Assembly (NCBI GenBank): GCA_951406725.2 | Contig: OX597823.1 | Span: 21,762,001-21,826,000 of the forward strand | DNA from: Octopus vulgaris | Taxonomy: Eukaryota | Direction: 5' to 3' | DNA: 64,000 nt | Shown here: positions 36,790-51,267 of the stretch, piece by piece | Layout: each line of letters begins with the position of its first letter | Position numbering within the stretch: the first letter of the stretch is position 1 | Translations under genes and position numbers: made by a program | The notes under the pieces: model-generated | The model's input: the letters and a program-made list of their open reading frames with translations, nothing else | Told to the model about the DNA's origin: nothing | Databases searched by the model: none

Positions 36790-37100
36790 AGCCAGTGGCA
36801 CATTAGAGAACCATCTGAACGTGGCTGTTGCCAGCGCAACCCCGACTGGCTTCCGTGCCAGTGGCACATAAAAAGCACCATCCGATTGTGGCCGTTGCCA
36901 GCCTCGTCTGTCACCTGTGCCAGTGGCACATAAAAAGCTCCCACTACACTCATGAAGTGGTTGGCGTTAAGAAAGGCATCCAGCCGTAGAAAAATTGCCA
37001 GATCAGACTGGGCCTGGTGCAGCCTTCTGGCTTCCCAGACCCCAGTTGCACCGTCCAACCCATGCCAGCATGGAAAGCAGACGCTAAACGATGCTGCTGA

Positions 37101-37103
<3 letters not shown>
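36790..37103 (+). mobile_element. Family D element with internal ~55-bp repeats
   Basis: Repeated gccagtggcacataaaaagc units; ends ccaacccatgccagcatggaaagcagacgctaaacgatg. Confidence 0.8.
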
Positions 37104-37150
<47 letters not shown>

Positions 37151-37665
37151 CACACACACACACATATACATGAGGCACATGTATCCATATATATGTGTAT
37201 ATAGTATGCACACATAGATATATGTATAAAGTGTTACTATTGTTATTCAAGGGTCAGCAATTTCCTTTCGGATGGGGTTGAATGGATTAAAAATGGGGCA
37301 AATTTCTTTTCATAAAATTGAGGTCTTAAACTTGTATTAATTCTTACACCTGGCAAAGCTAAAGCATTAGGGGCAAACTCTACTTTATTAATAAAGAATA
37401 TGGTTGGGTAGGGGTCAAAAATTTGTGTAATATTTTGTTTGGGATTGGAACTGACTATTACACATCAGTTTGGGAACCACTGCAATAACCTGGATGTGTG
37501 TGTGTGTGTGTATATATGTATATACTTTGTGTCTAAATATGTATCTCTGTGTGTTGTATGTTAAAAAACGGTGTCACTCCAAGCTGTTCTGACTGTCCTA
37601 TTTGGTGGGCGTGTATCTGTGCGTGTGTGTTGAGGTATCGTGGTAGACTTAACTCACTGGTTAAT

Positions 37666-37696
<31 letters not shown>

Positions 37697-37869
37697 GGCT
37701 ACTATTTTCTGTTTACTCCCTTTCCTGTTTTTTTTAAAATTCTCTCTCTCTCATACACATTTTATCTTACTCCAACTAAACCTCTTTTTCATGTTTATTA
37801 CTCTCTCCCTCTCTCTCCTTCTCTTTTCTCTCTGACTGACACATGCACATTTTTTCTCACATACTGACA

Positions 37870-38052
37870 TAATCTCTCTCTTTCTTTCTTTGACATTTCT
37901 CTCCGACATTTCTCCCTCTGTCTCTCCAACATTTTTCTCTTTCGCTCCGACAGTTCACTCTCTCTTTCTCTGACTGACGTTTCTCTCTCTCTCTCTCTCT
38001 GACGTTTCTCTCTCTCTCTCTCTCTGACGTTTCTCTCTCTCTCTCTCTGACG

Positions 38053-38087
<35 letters not shown>

Positions 38088-38194
38088 GTTTCTCTCCCTC
38101 TCTCTCTGACGTTTCTCTCTTACTGACGTTTCTCTCTTTCTGACGTTTCTCTCTCTCTTTCTGACGTTTTTCTCTCTCTCTTTCTCTCTCTGGC

Positions 38195-38237
<43 letters not shown>

Positions 38238-38274
38238 GTTTCTCTTTCTCTGATGTCTCTCTCTCTGACCTTTG

Positions 38275-38305
<31 letters not shown>

Positions 38306-38430
38306 GACCTTTGTCTCTTTCTCTGATGTCTCTCTCTCTGACCTTTGTCTCTTTCTCTCTGTCGTTTCTCTCTTTCTCTCTGACATTTCTCTCTCTCTCT
38401 CTTTATTTTCGACATTTCTTTCTCTCTCTG
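37870..38430. repeat. (CT)n low-complexity array punctuated by ctgacgttt
   Basis: Directly visible; source of the spurious 270-aa RE-rich ORF. Confidence 0.9.
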
Positions 38431-39610
38431 TGGCTTCTCTCCTTTCCCCCCCTCTAACCCATCCATTCTCTGTCCACTTTTATCCACACTCTCCCAGCTC
38501 TCTCCAGAATACACACACACATACTCTCTCCCCTTCATCTCTCTTTCCATTGAATATAGAATGATCGAGACACAATGAAAAGTGACTCCAAAGTAGAAAT
38601 TATCGTTCATCCAGTCTTCTTACACTCGTTTCTAATCTGCTAACCCTGTAGAATGACTGGTACGTTTTTATAGTAATTAACATCTAATGAATATATGCTC
38701 TGTGTGTGTGTGTATGTGCGCTTGCATGCATGCATGCAAAATATAGGTTACAAAGCCTTGAGATTTACTGTGTGTGCGTGTGCGCTTTGTGCTTATGAAA
38801 TTCTAAATCCTCACATTTGTAGTGGTAGCAAATAGCATGTTGTGCCATTCATGTTTTCCCAGAATTCTCGTGTGCAAAGGTGTATAGTTTTACAGAAAAT
38901 CTAGGTTGAAATCTGCTTCTGCCTCTTAGTGAATGACACCCTCTTCTGTGTGTGTGTGTGTGTGTGTGTGAATTTTAAGTTAATTGTGAGTTTTTAGGTA
39001 ATAGTAATGTTGTCTCTATTAGCACCACCACTTATTCTACTGTTACTTGTACAGCTATTATTTTCTTAGTATCTCCTCCACTGTTACTGTTAGCCTTTGC
39101 CACCACCACCACCATCACCACCACCACCACCACCACCACTACTACTACTACTTCTGCTGTTGATATTGCGTATTACTACTACCACTACTGCTGTTATTGG
39201 TATTACTAAATAACTAACGCTATTGAAATTGCTACATACTGTCATTATCATCACTATTATTATTATTATGTGTTACAACAAAATACCATTATCACTACTA
39301 CTACTGTCACTACAACCACTACTGCTCTTGCTGTTACTTACTTACATACCACCACTTCTACTATTATTGATAATACACTACATAACTCCCAACTGCCACT
39401 GCTGTTTGAATTAGTAAATACCAACCACTGCTACTGCTTTTACAACACTGTTATCGACATTGCAACATGCTGGTGGTCTTTGAGTGTCTTTACTGTTAAA
39501 AGAATATATGGTTCCAGTCTTAAGTTCCACCCCTCCACTAGTGTCTAAAGGGTTGTGGGCATTGATTGATCTTCTTTTGGGTATTGAAATAAAGACTACT
39601 ACTATTATTT

Positions 39611-39994
39611 GTGGAGGCGCAATGGCCCAGTGGTTAGGGCAGCGGACTCGCGGTCATAGGATCGCGGTTTCGATTCCCAGACCGGGCGTTGTGAGTGTTT
39701 ATTGAGCGAAGACACCTAAAGCTCCACGAGTCTCCGGCAGGGGATGGTGGTGATCCCTGCTGTACTCTTTCACCACAACTTTCTCTCACTCTTACTTCCT
39801 GTTTCTGTTGTACCTGTATTTCAAAGGGCCGGCCTTGTCACTCTCTGTGTCACGCTGAATATCCCCGAGAACTACGTTAAGGGTACACGTGTCTGTGGAG
39901 TGCTCAGCCACTTACACGTTAATTTCACGAGCAGGCTGTTCCATTGATTCGGATCAACCGGAACCCTCGTCGTCGTAACCGACGGAGTGCTTCC
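39611..39994 (+). mobile_element. tRNA-derived SINE family A (full length)
   Basis: A box tggcccagtgg, B box ggtttcgattcc; flanked by (TAC/TAT)n. Confidence 0.9.
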
Positions 39995-40983
39995 TACTGC
40001 TACTACTATTATTATTCCTACTAGGACTATTTGCTATATGTTTCCTGCCATCTACTATTAATTTGTTCCATACAATTATTACCATTGATAGTGTGTACAC
40101 ACACACACACACCATCATCATCATTGTTTAACGTCTGCTTTCTATGCTGGCATGGGTTGGACGGTTTGACTGAGGTTTGGAGAGCCAGCATCCTTGTATA
40201 TGCATATATACACATACACGTGTGTGCATGTATATATGTATATTGTCAGGAAAAGCAGAATACTGCAGTAAGTATTGATAAATATATATACACACACACG
40301 TGTGCGTGCATGTGTATATATTCATATACAAGGATGTGTGTGTGTGTGTGCATGTATATATTACTCATGCATGCATGGAAGACAGATGTTATACAATGTG
40401 TGTATGTATACACACACACACACACACATGCATACATGGTCTCCATGACTTCTGATTTATTTTTCTATCCTTATATTTATTTACATACTTAGATGTCTAG
40501 ACATACACAACACAACACATACACACATACATACATGCTTGCACACATTTATACTCATGCACATACAAGCACACACCTCCACATGTGAGTACATGTATAT
40601 ATAATGGTATTTGTGTACAATTTCCATCCACTAAATTGCAGTTACAGGTTGTTGGTTAACATCAAACTTTACTAGAATTGCTTACACGAGGTTTCACTTG
40701 GTGGGATTGAACTCAGAATCCTGTAATTTCAAAGATTTTTGTTTTAATTACCCAATGATGGACATGCTGGCTGCTCATTCACTGGTGTAGAAACTTTCTT
40801 TAGTTGCTGTAGAACGAGGCAGATGAAACAACAGCGTGTCTGTGTGATGGTGGTTTATGCATGTTGAGCAAATTTTTGCTTGTCTGTCAAGTGGCATAAA
40901 AAAACATCTGCCTTTAGACATGAACAGTAGTCTTTTGTGGCCCTTGTGTAGGTCTGTATATATGAAAACACAAACACACTTGC

Positions 40984-41026
<43 letters not shown>

Positions 41027-41191
41027 GATTGACTCGTTTGGCATGTGACTTGGAAATGGAAACAATTACTACTATCATGGTAGCCATTTAAAAACACTCT
41101 TATATTCTCGTTTTATTTTGTGATGGAAATCAGTGTCAAATTTTCCTTGACCAACTATAAATTGTCTCACTGACCCATAGGTGCTTAAATA

Positions 41192-41395
41192 AATTGTCTT
41201 GATATTTTATAGTAGTTAATGTTAACGGGAAATAAAGCTGAAATATATATATATATATATATATATAATGGTATGCGTGTGTTTTAAATTGGCTATTATC
41301 ATGACTCTTTCAGAGAGTGTGTGTGTGTGTGTGTGCGCACACACACACTCTCTGAAAGAGTCATGATAATAGCCAATTTAAAACACACGCATACC

Positions 41396-41430
<35 letters not shown>

Positions 41431-41479
41431 CAGCTTTATTTCCCGTTAACATTAACTACTATAAAATATCAAGACAATT
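41192..41479. repeat. Near-perfect ~290-bp palindrome
   Basis: Arms mirror exactly apart from microsatellite lengths; centre gtgcgcac at ~41336. Confidence 0.95.
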
Positions 41480-41519
41480 GATAAAATATCAAGACACACA
41501 CACACACGCATACACACAA

Positions 41520-41715
41520 ATCCTTTCTACTATAGGCAACAGTCCTGAAATTCTTAGAGAGGATGTTAATAGATGATATTGACCTTAGCACTGAACTGGT
41601 ATTTAATTACTTAATTGACCCTGAAAGGATTAAAGGTAAAGTTGATATCAGTGGAATTTGAACTTGGAACATAAAGATGGATGAAATTCTGCTAAGCAGT
41701 TTCTCTGCTGTGCCA
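41520..41715 (-). mobile_element. SINE family C variant, degraded
   Basis: ccctgaaaggattaaaggtaaagttga...tggaatttgaact; same tail as 51001-51218. Confidence 0.6.
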
Positions 41716-44700
41716 GATGATTTTATATACAAATGAAGTCCTTTAAGATAGTTGTTCCTCATCAAGTTACATATCTTGTTACTCTCACCTTCAGAAATGT
41801 TGCGCTTTATATAATTAATATATAAGCATATAATCTTGGGTTAAACCTAATGTTAATGATATATTAATTATAATATTTGCAATCAATGGGTTTTTTTTCT
41901 TTCCAAAGCACCAACAGAGTAGAGGGAGTTCTTTCATCTCTCTTACTTATGGCACCCTCTTTATTGCTGGTGGTATAATAAAATGCACTTAATCCCCACT
42001 GGAAAGTATACATAATGAATTTGCCTGAATCCTCTTTGTGTTGTCATGATGTCCGTATATATAATTGTATGTGAACTTGACACTAATTTTCTTGATCTCA
42101 GTTTGAAATGACTTGAAATTACAAAAGTGTCATTTCTGATCATAATGTCCCTTTAATAATCTACAAAGCATGACTGAAATTTACATTAACTAATTAATAT
42201 AGGATAATCCGTTTTGAAATTTTCTCTTTTATAACTGATCTATATCTTCATTCTGTCTTTTAAAATTTGTTTACTTACCAATATATATTGAGGCCAATTT
42301 AATGTACTCTTTCATTAATTCAAACTGTACCTTGTTCCTGGGGAAAAAAAGATAGTTGTGATTCTCACATCAATTCTTTCTTTTTCTTTTATCACAGTCT
42401 TTCTTTATCCTAATCCTCATGGTTTGGGTTGAAATAATTTTCATTGAATTTCTATATTTCTTGTGAGTCAGTGCCTTTTTTTGCCACTATTGTGATTGAA
42501 AGAACATTGATCCAACAAATCTATGTATGAAATCACTCACCACTTCCATCTATTTGCTAATACTTACTTAATTGTATTAATTATTAATTAGGATATTCAA
42601 AATGTCTTAGTTGTAAATTGCCGAACAGCATTTGGTGATGATCATATGTAGTTGTAAATTTCTGGACAGAATTTTTTGCAATAAGGACAAGCCGATCAAT
42701 GTCAGGTTGCTGATTGAGCAAATACAAGTGTTTAACTCAAATCAACATATTTGTGTAAATTGAAAGTTGTGTGCTACTGGATTGTTTCTGTAATGCTTGT
42801 TCACTTAGCTCTGAATTGTATACCTACCCATCAACGAGAACAGCTAAATATATGGCATCTATTTATCATACACAGTAGACACATTTCAAAATTTCAAACG
42901 CCTTACTTTATTATAAGGGTTACATTCATCCACCCCCACTACTCTCTTTTTTGTGGTTTTTGTTTCTCCTGATATCCTTTAATTTTCTTGATGATTTTTC
43001 TCCAGTTTAACATGCAGAATCTGGTGATATAAATACACAGATAGGGTGAGGCAAGATAACTTGTCTAGGATACAAAACATAGGCGAAACATTAATACTTC
43101 AGTTGTGGTTTGTGCTCATGACTGTAGCTTAATGTGAGGGCTGTAGTTGAAAGTCACAGCTAGGTAAATAGATTGAGGATTTGGAAGTTGGTACATCATT
43201 GTCTGAGGTTTAATAATTTAGTGCTTTCAACTGGAGTGGATTGAATGTTCAGTTTTGGGAATGGGAATGCTTTTGTCAATTGGATATAGTTGGTCTTATG
43301 AGTCCAGCTGTCTTGAGTCAATGCACCACCAACTTAACAGCTAAAAATGATGAATGTCACACTCTATCAGTAACACTGTACTGTCATTCAGAAGTATGCT
43401 ATGACCTTTAGTATCAGTTATGACTAAGTGCTCAGTAAAGTTGTGAATCTACAACAATTTAATTACATTGTTCCACATGTGTTTTCAACTTCTTTTTGAA
43501 CTGTAGAGATATCACACTTGGAATTTTACATGTTTAACCTAGTTTGGTATCTCTTGGTTCATAGTTCAACACTTGCATGATCTAGAGGAGAAAAAAAAAT
43601 CCCAAAATATTAGGGTTGTAGAGATGATTAAAAATGGACAGTTGAGCTGGATTACATCTAATTTAGAAGTGTCTCTGAATAAAGTTCAGTTCTTACAATT
43701 GTTCATTTTTCAACTCTCTTGGGTCAAATAAATGAATATTCAGATATTTTTGATGGCTAGAAATCATCATCAGCAGCAAATGTTTTGAGGCCATTTTTCC
43801 CTTGCTAAATGAGGGTTAGTTTTGCAGGCTTTTGAAATTTTGTTTCCTTTTTGAAGTAATGTCCTTTCACCAACCATTCTAGTTGCTTTTTACAATATAA
43901 GGATACAGTGAACCTGTTTTAAAACCAGGAAATGTACAGGAGTCAGTTCTCACTTTTTTTAAAAATATTATTATTATATTTGACACTGTGACTATTTAAT
44001 GTGTGTGTTGTGTTATTTGAAATGCTGTAATTCCTGTGAGAAATGTTCATTCCAACTAAAGCCAACAAGTCAGTGTCTATGTGGTAACTTGTCCTCCTAG
44101 AAGTTTCCTTCAGATCACACATCACCATCTTATTAACATTGAGCATACATTAAAAAAAATGTAGTCCTGAACATCTACTAAATAAAGGGTCACAACTGGA
44201 ATACTCAATCAAGGATGACCTGAGACTAAATAACAACTGTCTCCATTTAAAGAAAAAAACAAACAAAAAAAAATTCATGAAAGAAATATATTTTAATATA
44301 TTTTAGTATACTTTCAAAGTTAACCTTATTGTTCAGGTCTTATATTTTTTTTTGATTATGTTGCATTCTAACTCCTCCCTCACCCCATAAGAAGTTTAAT
44401 TTGTTGGATGGTTAGGAATTTGATGAACTCATTTTGCTGTTAGTCTGGTGATATAATACTTGCCATATTTCTAACAATAGACTGATTGTATGTTCCAGTT
44501 AAGTTTTTAAATAAGATTCTGAGCAAAAATATTTAACATTTCTTTTAATTGATGTTTAGAAGAAGGAAGACTTGTCCTGCTAGAAACAACAGCTAACTAT
44601 CCTTCAAATCAAATTTTACCATCCTAAAAATAAAAATCTTGTGTAATAGCTGGCTAAGTCTTGTCTTTACATCATTGAAACCAGAAGCTTCTCTTGTTTC

Positions 44701-44739
44701 TAAATTTAATCTGCCAACTTTCACACTGTGAAAACCTTT

Positions 44740-47700
44740 AGCAGCACTATGAAGAGGTGTCAGCCATAGTGAAGGCAATACATGTAGAGGAGCAGTAACT
44801 CTGAATGAAATCCAGGACAGGAGAAATAAAGGATCCCTACTGGCTTGGAGAGCAGTAACTTGAAATAACATCTGACTGGTGCTTGTGACATGATAATGTT
44901 CTGAGATTTAATTATGCTTAATGTGCACTTAGTTCTTGCAGAAATGGATGGAGATAGGGAAGGGAATGTAGCCAGTAAAAGCATGCCAGAATCATGAAAA
45001 ACCTTGTGTATACACGACTAACACTTATGTTAGTATTGCATTTGGCATAGAGTAACCAAGTGAGAATATCCGACAGTGTATGAGAGGATTCCCTCAATTG
45101 TCATCAAACAATTGCACATATTCTCTTTCTTTCAGATACAGAAAGTAGACACCAAACAATCCACCATCCACCAGAAACTCCCTTCTTCATGTTGGGAACA
45201 AAACTTCAGGGCTGCTAATATTTGTGCTAACCTGATCAAATGTGACTCTAGCGAGATTGTAGAGATGCTAGAGCAGAAGCAAATAGATGTGTTTATGGTG
45301 TATAGGACGCTAGATGGCAAGGAGCTTCAGTCAAATTCTTCAGAGACGGGGGACACAGGCACAAATTCTTTTGGTTGGGTGACAGTGCTGGTGTAAGTTA
45401 CATAGGTTAGCAGAAAATGGATAAAATAATTAAAGTAGTCCGAGCTTGTGATGATAGAACAATTAAGCTTAAACTAGTGACGGACAGCATTGCAGCAACA
45501 GCTTTCTCTGCATATGCATCACAATTGGAAGTGACAAATGAGCAAAAGGATTGTTTCTCTGAGGTTCCATCCAGACTACTTTGATAACAATTGAGGACTT
45601 TCATTGACATGTTGGATGACTCATAATTAATCTGGTGTACATGGAGGCTACAGATGTATGAGGAATGAGAAGAGATCAAAGCTCTTGAGATTCTGTGGTG
45701 CAAATGTTCCAACCACTTGCAATAATATCTTCAGGAATCCCTCTAGCCAGTCAGGTGCCTACGTGAGGTAAACATCATACTTTCCTAGAAATGGGATAGA
45801 TTGATAGATGGCTGTTTATCATTCTTAGTCCTGAGATGAAGACTGTACCACTCGGCAGAGACTAGTGAGAATAAGATTTAGACTTGGAAATGCAATACAA
45901 TCTGCAGAAGCAAAGTATGGAAGCTGAAAGATGCTTGGATATTTAAAAGTTCAAAGAAGAATTAGTTGAACCATATGAAAAGATGGAGCAGATAGAAACT
46001 TATAACAGAGCAGCTGGGGGTTTCTGTGAGACAATCCATATTTGTGGGCAGAGAAAGGTTCTAGCTAAACACTTGACGGTAGATAGCCATATATGATAAA
46101 AGACAGGCCTAGAAGGTGGGTGGGATGGGTTGCTAGAAGAGAAGCTAGACATCAGAGTATATACAGCAAAGAGAGAAGTTGAAAGTATGAAGTTAGCTAA
46201 TGTGCAGAGTTGTGGGGGTGTTCTAGATTGCAGAGCATTGTCAAATCAAGAAGTTGAAGGAAAATATGTATGGAATGACAGCTATGCACTTGGCTTCGTT
46301 GATGCCAAGTAGAAAGAAGCAGTAGAGTGTTACTACAAGAATTGCTATGTGAGAGGTGGGGATACTCCAACTAGACCTGACAGGAGTATATGGCTGAAAA
46401 ATTAAGGATACACAGGCAAGGGAAGCAGCTGGACCAGATTTAGTCACTTAAATGCTGAAAATATGTGAGGTGGAGCATGTACTAATCATTTGCTCAGTCA
46501 AATAGGTGCTACAAGAAGATATCCTACCTAATGACTGACATAGGACTATCATCAACAGTAACAAAGGGGGTGCTTGAAAAAGCAGCTATTGATAGACCAA
46601 GATATGGAAGTAACAGAAAGAGTTATAACACAATTGATGAGGAAAGGAACTAGTTCAGATGTGATAGTTTGAGTTGATACCAGAACAGTATCACTAAGTG
46701 AAACAACTAAAGAAATTTGAACTCATTTTGCTGTTACTGTCTGGTGATATAATACTGGCTGATTTGTGGGAGGACTTTAATAGGGACCTTACTCACTGGT
46801 CTGCTGGTTGCTAAGAATACTAGGTAAACAAATAGTTTGTGAGAGCAATGCAAACCATATATAGTGATGCTACCAGCAAAATGAGTTAGCAATGAGTTCA
46901 ACAAGGAATTTTGCTAGTTGTTCACAGGGATTCAGTTGTCAGCTTGCTGGTTTATTATAATTCTCCAAGTCATGGCAGGAGTTGATGACCAGCTGCCTGC
47001 CAGAACTTTTGATACTGATGACCCAGTTCTCGTAAATTCCAACATAGGAGCCTGATTTAGAATTAAGAGTTCCTGAAAAGGTCTTAGTAAAGACAAAAAT
47101 TATAAGTCTTGGAATTAGGTTCTCAACATGCAGAAAAGTTGGTAGGAATTCTTTAATGTGCACAAGGTGTAAACTAGGTGCCCAAGAGTTGCAGTGGTAT
47201 CACAAGCAGGTTGAAAGAGAAAAGGAACTTCATATGTAGTAGACATACAAGAGTGGTGACTGAAAGAGTATCCATAAAATTCCTTCAAATATTCAGAAGC
47301 CTCCCTAGAAGTAGTTAATAGCTACCATGTCTTAATTATTTGTGGAAGTGAGTGCTCCGAGTGTTGTAGCCACAGTGTAATTGCAGTGGAAAAAGTTCAG
47401 TTACTACCTCTGCTGGTGTATGTTTCTCAATAAAGAACAGATTGTATGATTCTTGTGCACAAAGAGCAATGTTGTATGCCAGGGAACCATGTACGTTGAA
47501 TGTTGAGGATGGACAAATGCTGGAAGGGAAGACAGGCTTGCTTTGTTGCATACTGTAAGGTTATGCATGAACAACAGAGCACAAATGTGCTGAGAGAAGA
47601 AGAATATGGTGCAAGAGGAATCAAATGCTATATGCAAGAGCAAAGACCGATGGTGTGGATATGCCTGTGAAGGGTGACAGTTGGGTAAAGAAATGCCAAA

Positions 47701-47885
47701 TGATCCATGTAGAAAAACCTGTGGAAGAGGGTGGCCCGTGCTGACATGGGAAGATGAATAATGAAAGCTTATGCCGTCAAAAGGCTGACCCTCAAGAATT
47801 TGACAAATGACTAAAAAATACTGAGACTGCTAGAAAAGAACATCCAATCCATGTAAGCTTGGACATAGGAGTATTAAATTAATAA
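44740..47885 (+). mobile_element. Highly decayed RTE-clade LINE
   Basis: APE-like residues (EIVEMLEQKQIDV; KIIKVVRACDDRTIKLKLV...FSAYASQ), RT-region remnants, GRG.P..TW-like C-terminus and a 3' end catccaatccatgtaagcttgga..attaaa resembling the family D tail. Confidence 0.7.
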
Positions 47886-48910
47886 AGACTAGTTAATTTC
47901 TCTAATAGTTTTTGTATTGTTAGTAGTGTCAAGTTGCTGAGCACTGAGTCTTTGGATTTTCTTGCCCCATTGTATGTGGTAATAATGTTAAATTCTTCCA
48001 CATTTGAATATTATTCAAATTAGTCATGATGGTTTAATTAGATTTTTTTTTTCTTATTGAGAGAAGATAAAGATATTGTATATGAAAGGTGTGAACCATT
48101 TCAGCCAACTTGTTTTTATCTACCTAGTATCTAAGCTTTGTTACAGCCCTTTTGTGTTCCTTTATGAAGTCCAGTTCTCTATTTTGCTTCACTGATTCTG
48201 TTCAGGAACATGATAAAAAGCAGATGAATTCAAGGTGAATAGCAGAGCGATGAGAGAGACCCAATGTGATAGAGGAAAGTGTAATGGCAGAGGGATAAAG
48301 ATATCGATAGTTACATGTTGCTAGATGATTGATTAGAAAAACAGCTTGCGTGATGTGATAGGAGGGAGAGAGAGAGAGAGAGACAAAGTAATGGAAGTGA
48401 AAGAGGGAGTAATAGTTGTCAGCAGTAAGTGATAAAGAAATGATGCTGTGAGAGTAATGGTTACCATGAAGATTGGAGTTAGTGAGAGAGAGAGAGAGAA
48501 ATAGAGAGATAAGTATATTTTTTGCAGCTTGGGAAAATGATGATTCAACAAAGCTTACACTGCATTTTAACATTGCATTTTGTGGACAGTTGTATCGTAT
48601 TGGTTACAGGTTTTCAGCTGGTCAGTCACTGGTTCACTGTATGCATGTATTGTGCAATTGTGTTGATGTTTTTGATATTTGGAAGTGTGTACATGATGAG
48701 GGGGGAAGTCAGACAGTGTTTGCAGTCAGCAGTCTTTAGGTTCCTAACAGACTCATAAATGTATTTGTAAAATCATAGAAATGTTAGAGAGCGAGAATTT
48801 CACATTCACCAGGAGTCATTCAAATCAGTATTAACATTTATAAAGAATCCATTAAAACTGTGTATGTATTTGTTTTCACTTACCCAATATCAAGAGAGAG
48901 AGTAACAATT

Positions 48911-48947
<37 letters not shown>

Positions 48948-49642
48948 CATACAGATGAGGCATTGATTGTTAATGGCAGGGAGAAAAATATGACTTGTGC
49001 TAAAGACATGTATGTGTACATAGAACAATGCAGCAGCCCTCAGAGAATTACTGGGTTAGAGGTAAGTTATGACTGATGTGTTTTATATAGCTGTTCCCAG
49101 TCGGTCATTAGCACAAAAGCAAATGATTATTGGCAAATATATCTCTTGTAAGACCAGACTTCATGATTGCAGGCTTGTCTGTCTAAATATGTAAATTATG
49201 GGTTTTTTTTTCCTTCCCATCTCTTTCTATATCTCCTCAGCTTATATACAAAGGAAATGGTGAAAATGTTTTTTTGTTAGTCTAAAATTGATTTATTGTT
49301 CTGCAATTGGTTAGGTACAGTTTAGCTCTTATTCAGCAGATATTACCAGACTTTCCAACTGTGACCAACCCTTTTTTTTTTTTTTTCTTGGATTTAGTTT
49401 AACTTGGAAGATATTATCGAATGTGCCTTTTTTTTTATGGTAGGACATGGAATGAAAGAGATCTGGCTACTTCTCACAGATTGAACAATCACGGAAACCC
49501 CAATGTTATCAGTTGACTTTTGTAACAATACCTATCTAAAGCTAATTACAATATTTTCAGTTTGTATCTAAATGCTGTTATTCTTACTCTGTCATACTTT
49601 GCCATTCTTAAGGATCCATAGATTATTCAGCAGACTCTTTAA

Positions 49643-49861
49643 CCCTTTAGTGTTCAGATTATTCTATCAAACATAATGCTTATTGATTCACATTGATTTG
49701 AATTAATCATGCATTATCACATATCTTCAAGATCTTGATGGTGTAATTACTTAATGTAGAATAACATTGTAGGGTAGGTGTGAGAGCCTGGATCTGGTCA
49801 GTTTGAACATAAAACAGATTAACTATTTTGGCTGGATATGGCTGGTTTAAATACTAAAGGG
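49643..49861. mobile_element. piggyBac-type MITE
   Basis: TTAA|ccctttagt ... actaaaggg|TTAA. Confidence 0.85.
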
Positions 49862-51000
49862 TTAAAATCCACTTCAGATATACTGGCTGTGGTCATGCGT
49901 AGGCAGACACTTTGTTCTATATTACATTCCTTACATCACTCTAGCTGTTAACAATGGTTAATAGATTACTTGAGCATGTTGGTCTTCAGTGCTATCCAGT
50001 TTTCTCATTTGCTTAACACCAGTAAAACCAGACCCTTGGGCTTAGGTGATGTATCACTGTAAATACATTGTAGCCTTTACATTTTTTTTTACTTTCAGAA
50101 AACAATATTGCGAACCCAAACTAATTGCCAGTGATGGGATACAAACAAACTTTGTTTACTAGACTGGCGGTAGAAATAGCTGTCAAATCTCCCTCAAAAT
50201 TTTATAAAGGAAGGACACGTTAGATAATGTAGTCCTGGATAATTTGCTTAAAAAGGATTATCGTTGCTGTAATGCTCTTGATTATTGGTCTATTTGATGG
50301 ATCAGGGTTAATTTTTGAACAACAGCTTACTGTAATTTACTTAGAAATGAGAAATTTCCCGAAACTTTGCTGTGGTATCTTTTTAAGAGACTCTTTTTTT
50401 TGTTTTGTTCCCTCTAATTGTCCTTTTCCTTTAGGTTCTTAACAATTTTGACATTCAGTATTTATTTTAGTGTGGCTCAATCATTACATCATTTATAACT
50501 GTGCCGAGTGGTGCACCATTCTTAACCAATACCCTTTGCATAACCACTAGGAAAGTTTGAAACCTTCTGTAAGTAGTTTTTATCATCATCATCTGGTTGA
50601 GCTTGCTCAAACATTATTGATCTGCATACACCATCCATCCCAGTCCAGCATCAGTTGAGGGATGTCTTCTGAGAGGCATCCAGTGTTTCTGGTGTGTTGA
50701 TCAATATACATTGTGTTCAGATGACCTACTCAAGTACAGCCATACTTTGTCATCTATAGCAGTAAGTTACTTGCCAGCTCTTGTTTAGCTCGTCAGCAAT
50801 AAGTAGTTTTCATTAAATAGTATATTAGATGCAGTCACAATGGTGTGTTTGTTGGGTTTATAGTTGTTTTAAGGGGTGACTAAAAGGATTGGTGATGAAA
50901 AGTGCATCTCATTGCATGATACACCAACTCAGAAAACTCAGCCAATCCATACCAGCATGGAAAAGCTAGCACAAAAAGAGCATAAAATCTCAAAATTATC

Positions 51001-51218
51001 TTTTCTGCTCTAGATATGTGGTCTGAAATTTTGGAGGAGGGGGGGCCAGTTGATTAGATCGACTCCGGTACGCAGCTCGTACTTAATTTATCAACCTTGA
51101 AAGGATGAAAGACGGAAGTCAACCTCGGTGGAATTTGAACTCAGAACGTAAAGACAGACAAAATTACCCACTAAGCATTTTGCCTGGCATCTTAACATAT
51201 CTGCCAGCTCGCCGCCTT
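51001..51218 (-). mobile_element. SINE family C variant (alternative tail)
   Basis: Head/centre match 32432-32658; tail differs (aatttcagaccacatatctagagcagaaaa). Confidence 0.75.
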
Positions 51219-51267
51219 TATCTCAAAATTATAATGAGAAAACAAAAATTTTTAAAATGCTCTTATA

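Noticed and set aside
37798-38610. 270-aa RE-rich ORF
   Set aside because: Translation of a (GA)n low-complexity tract
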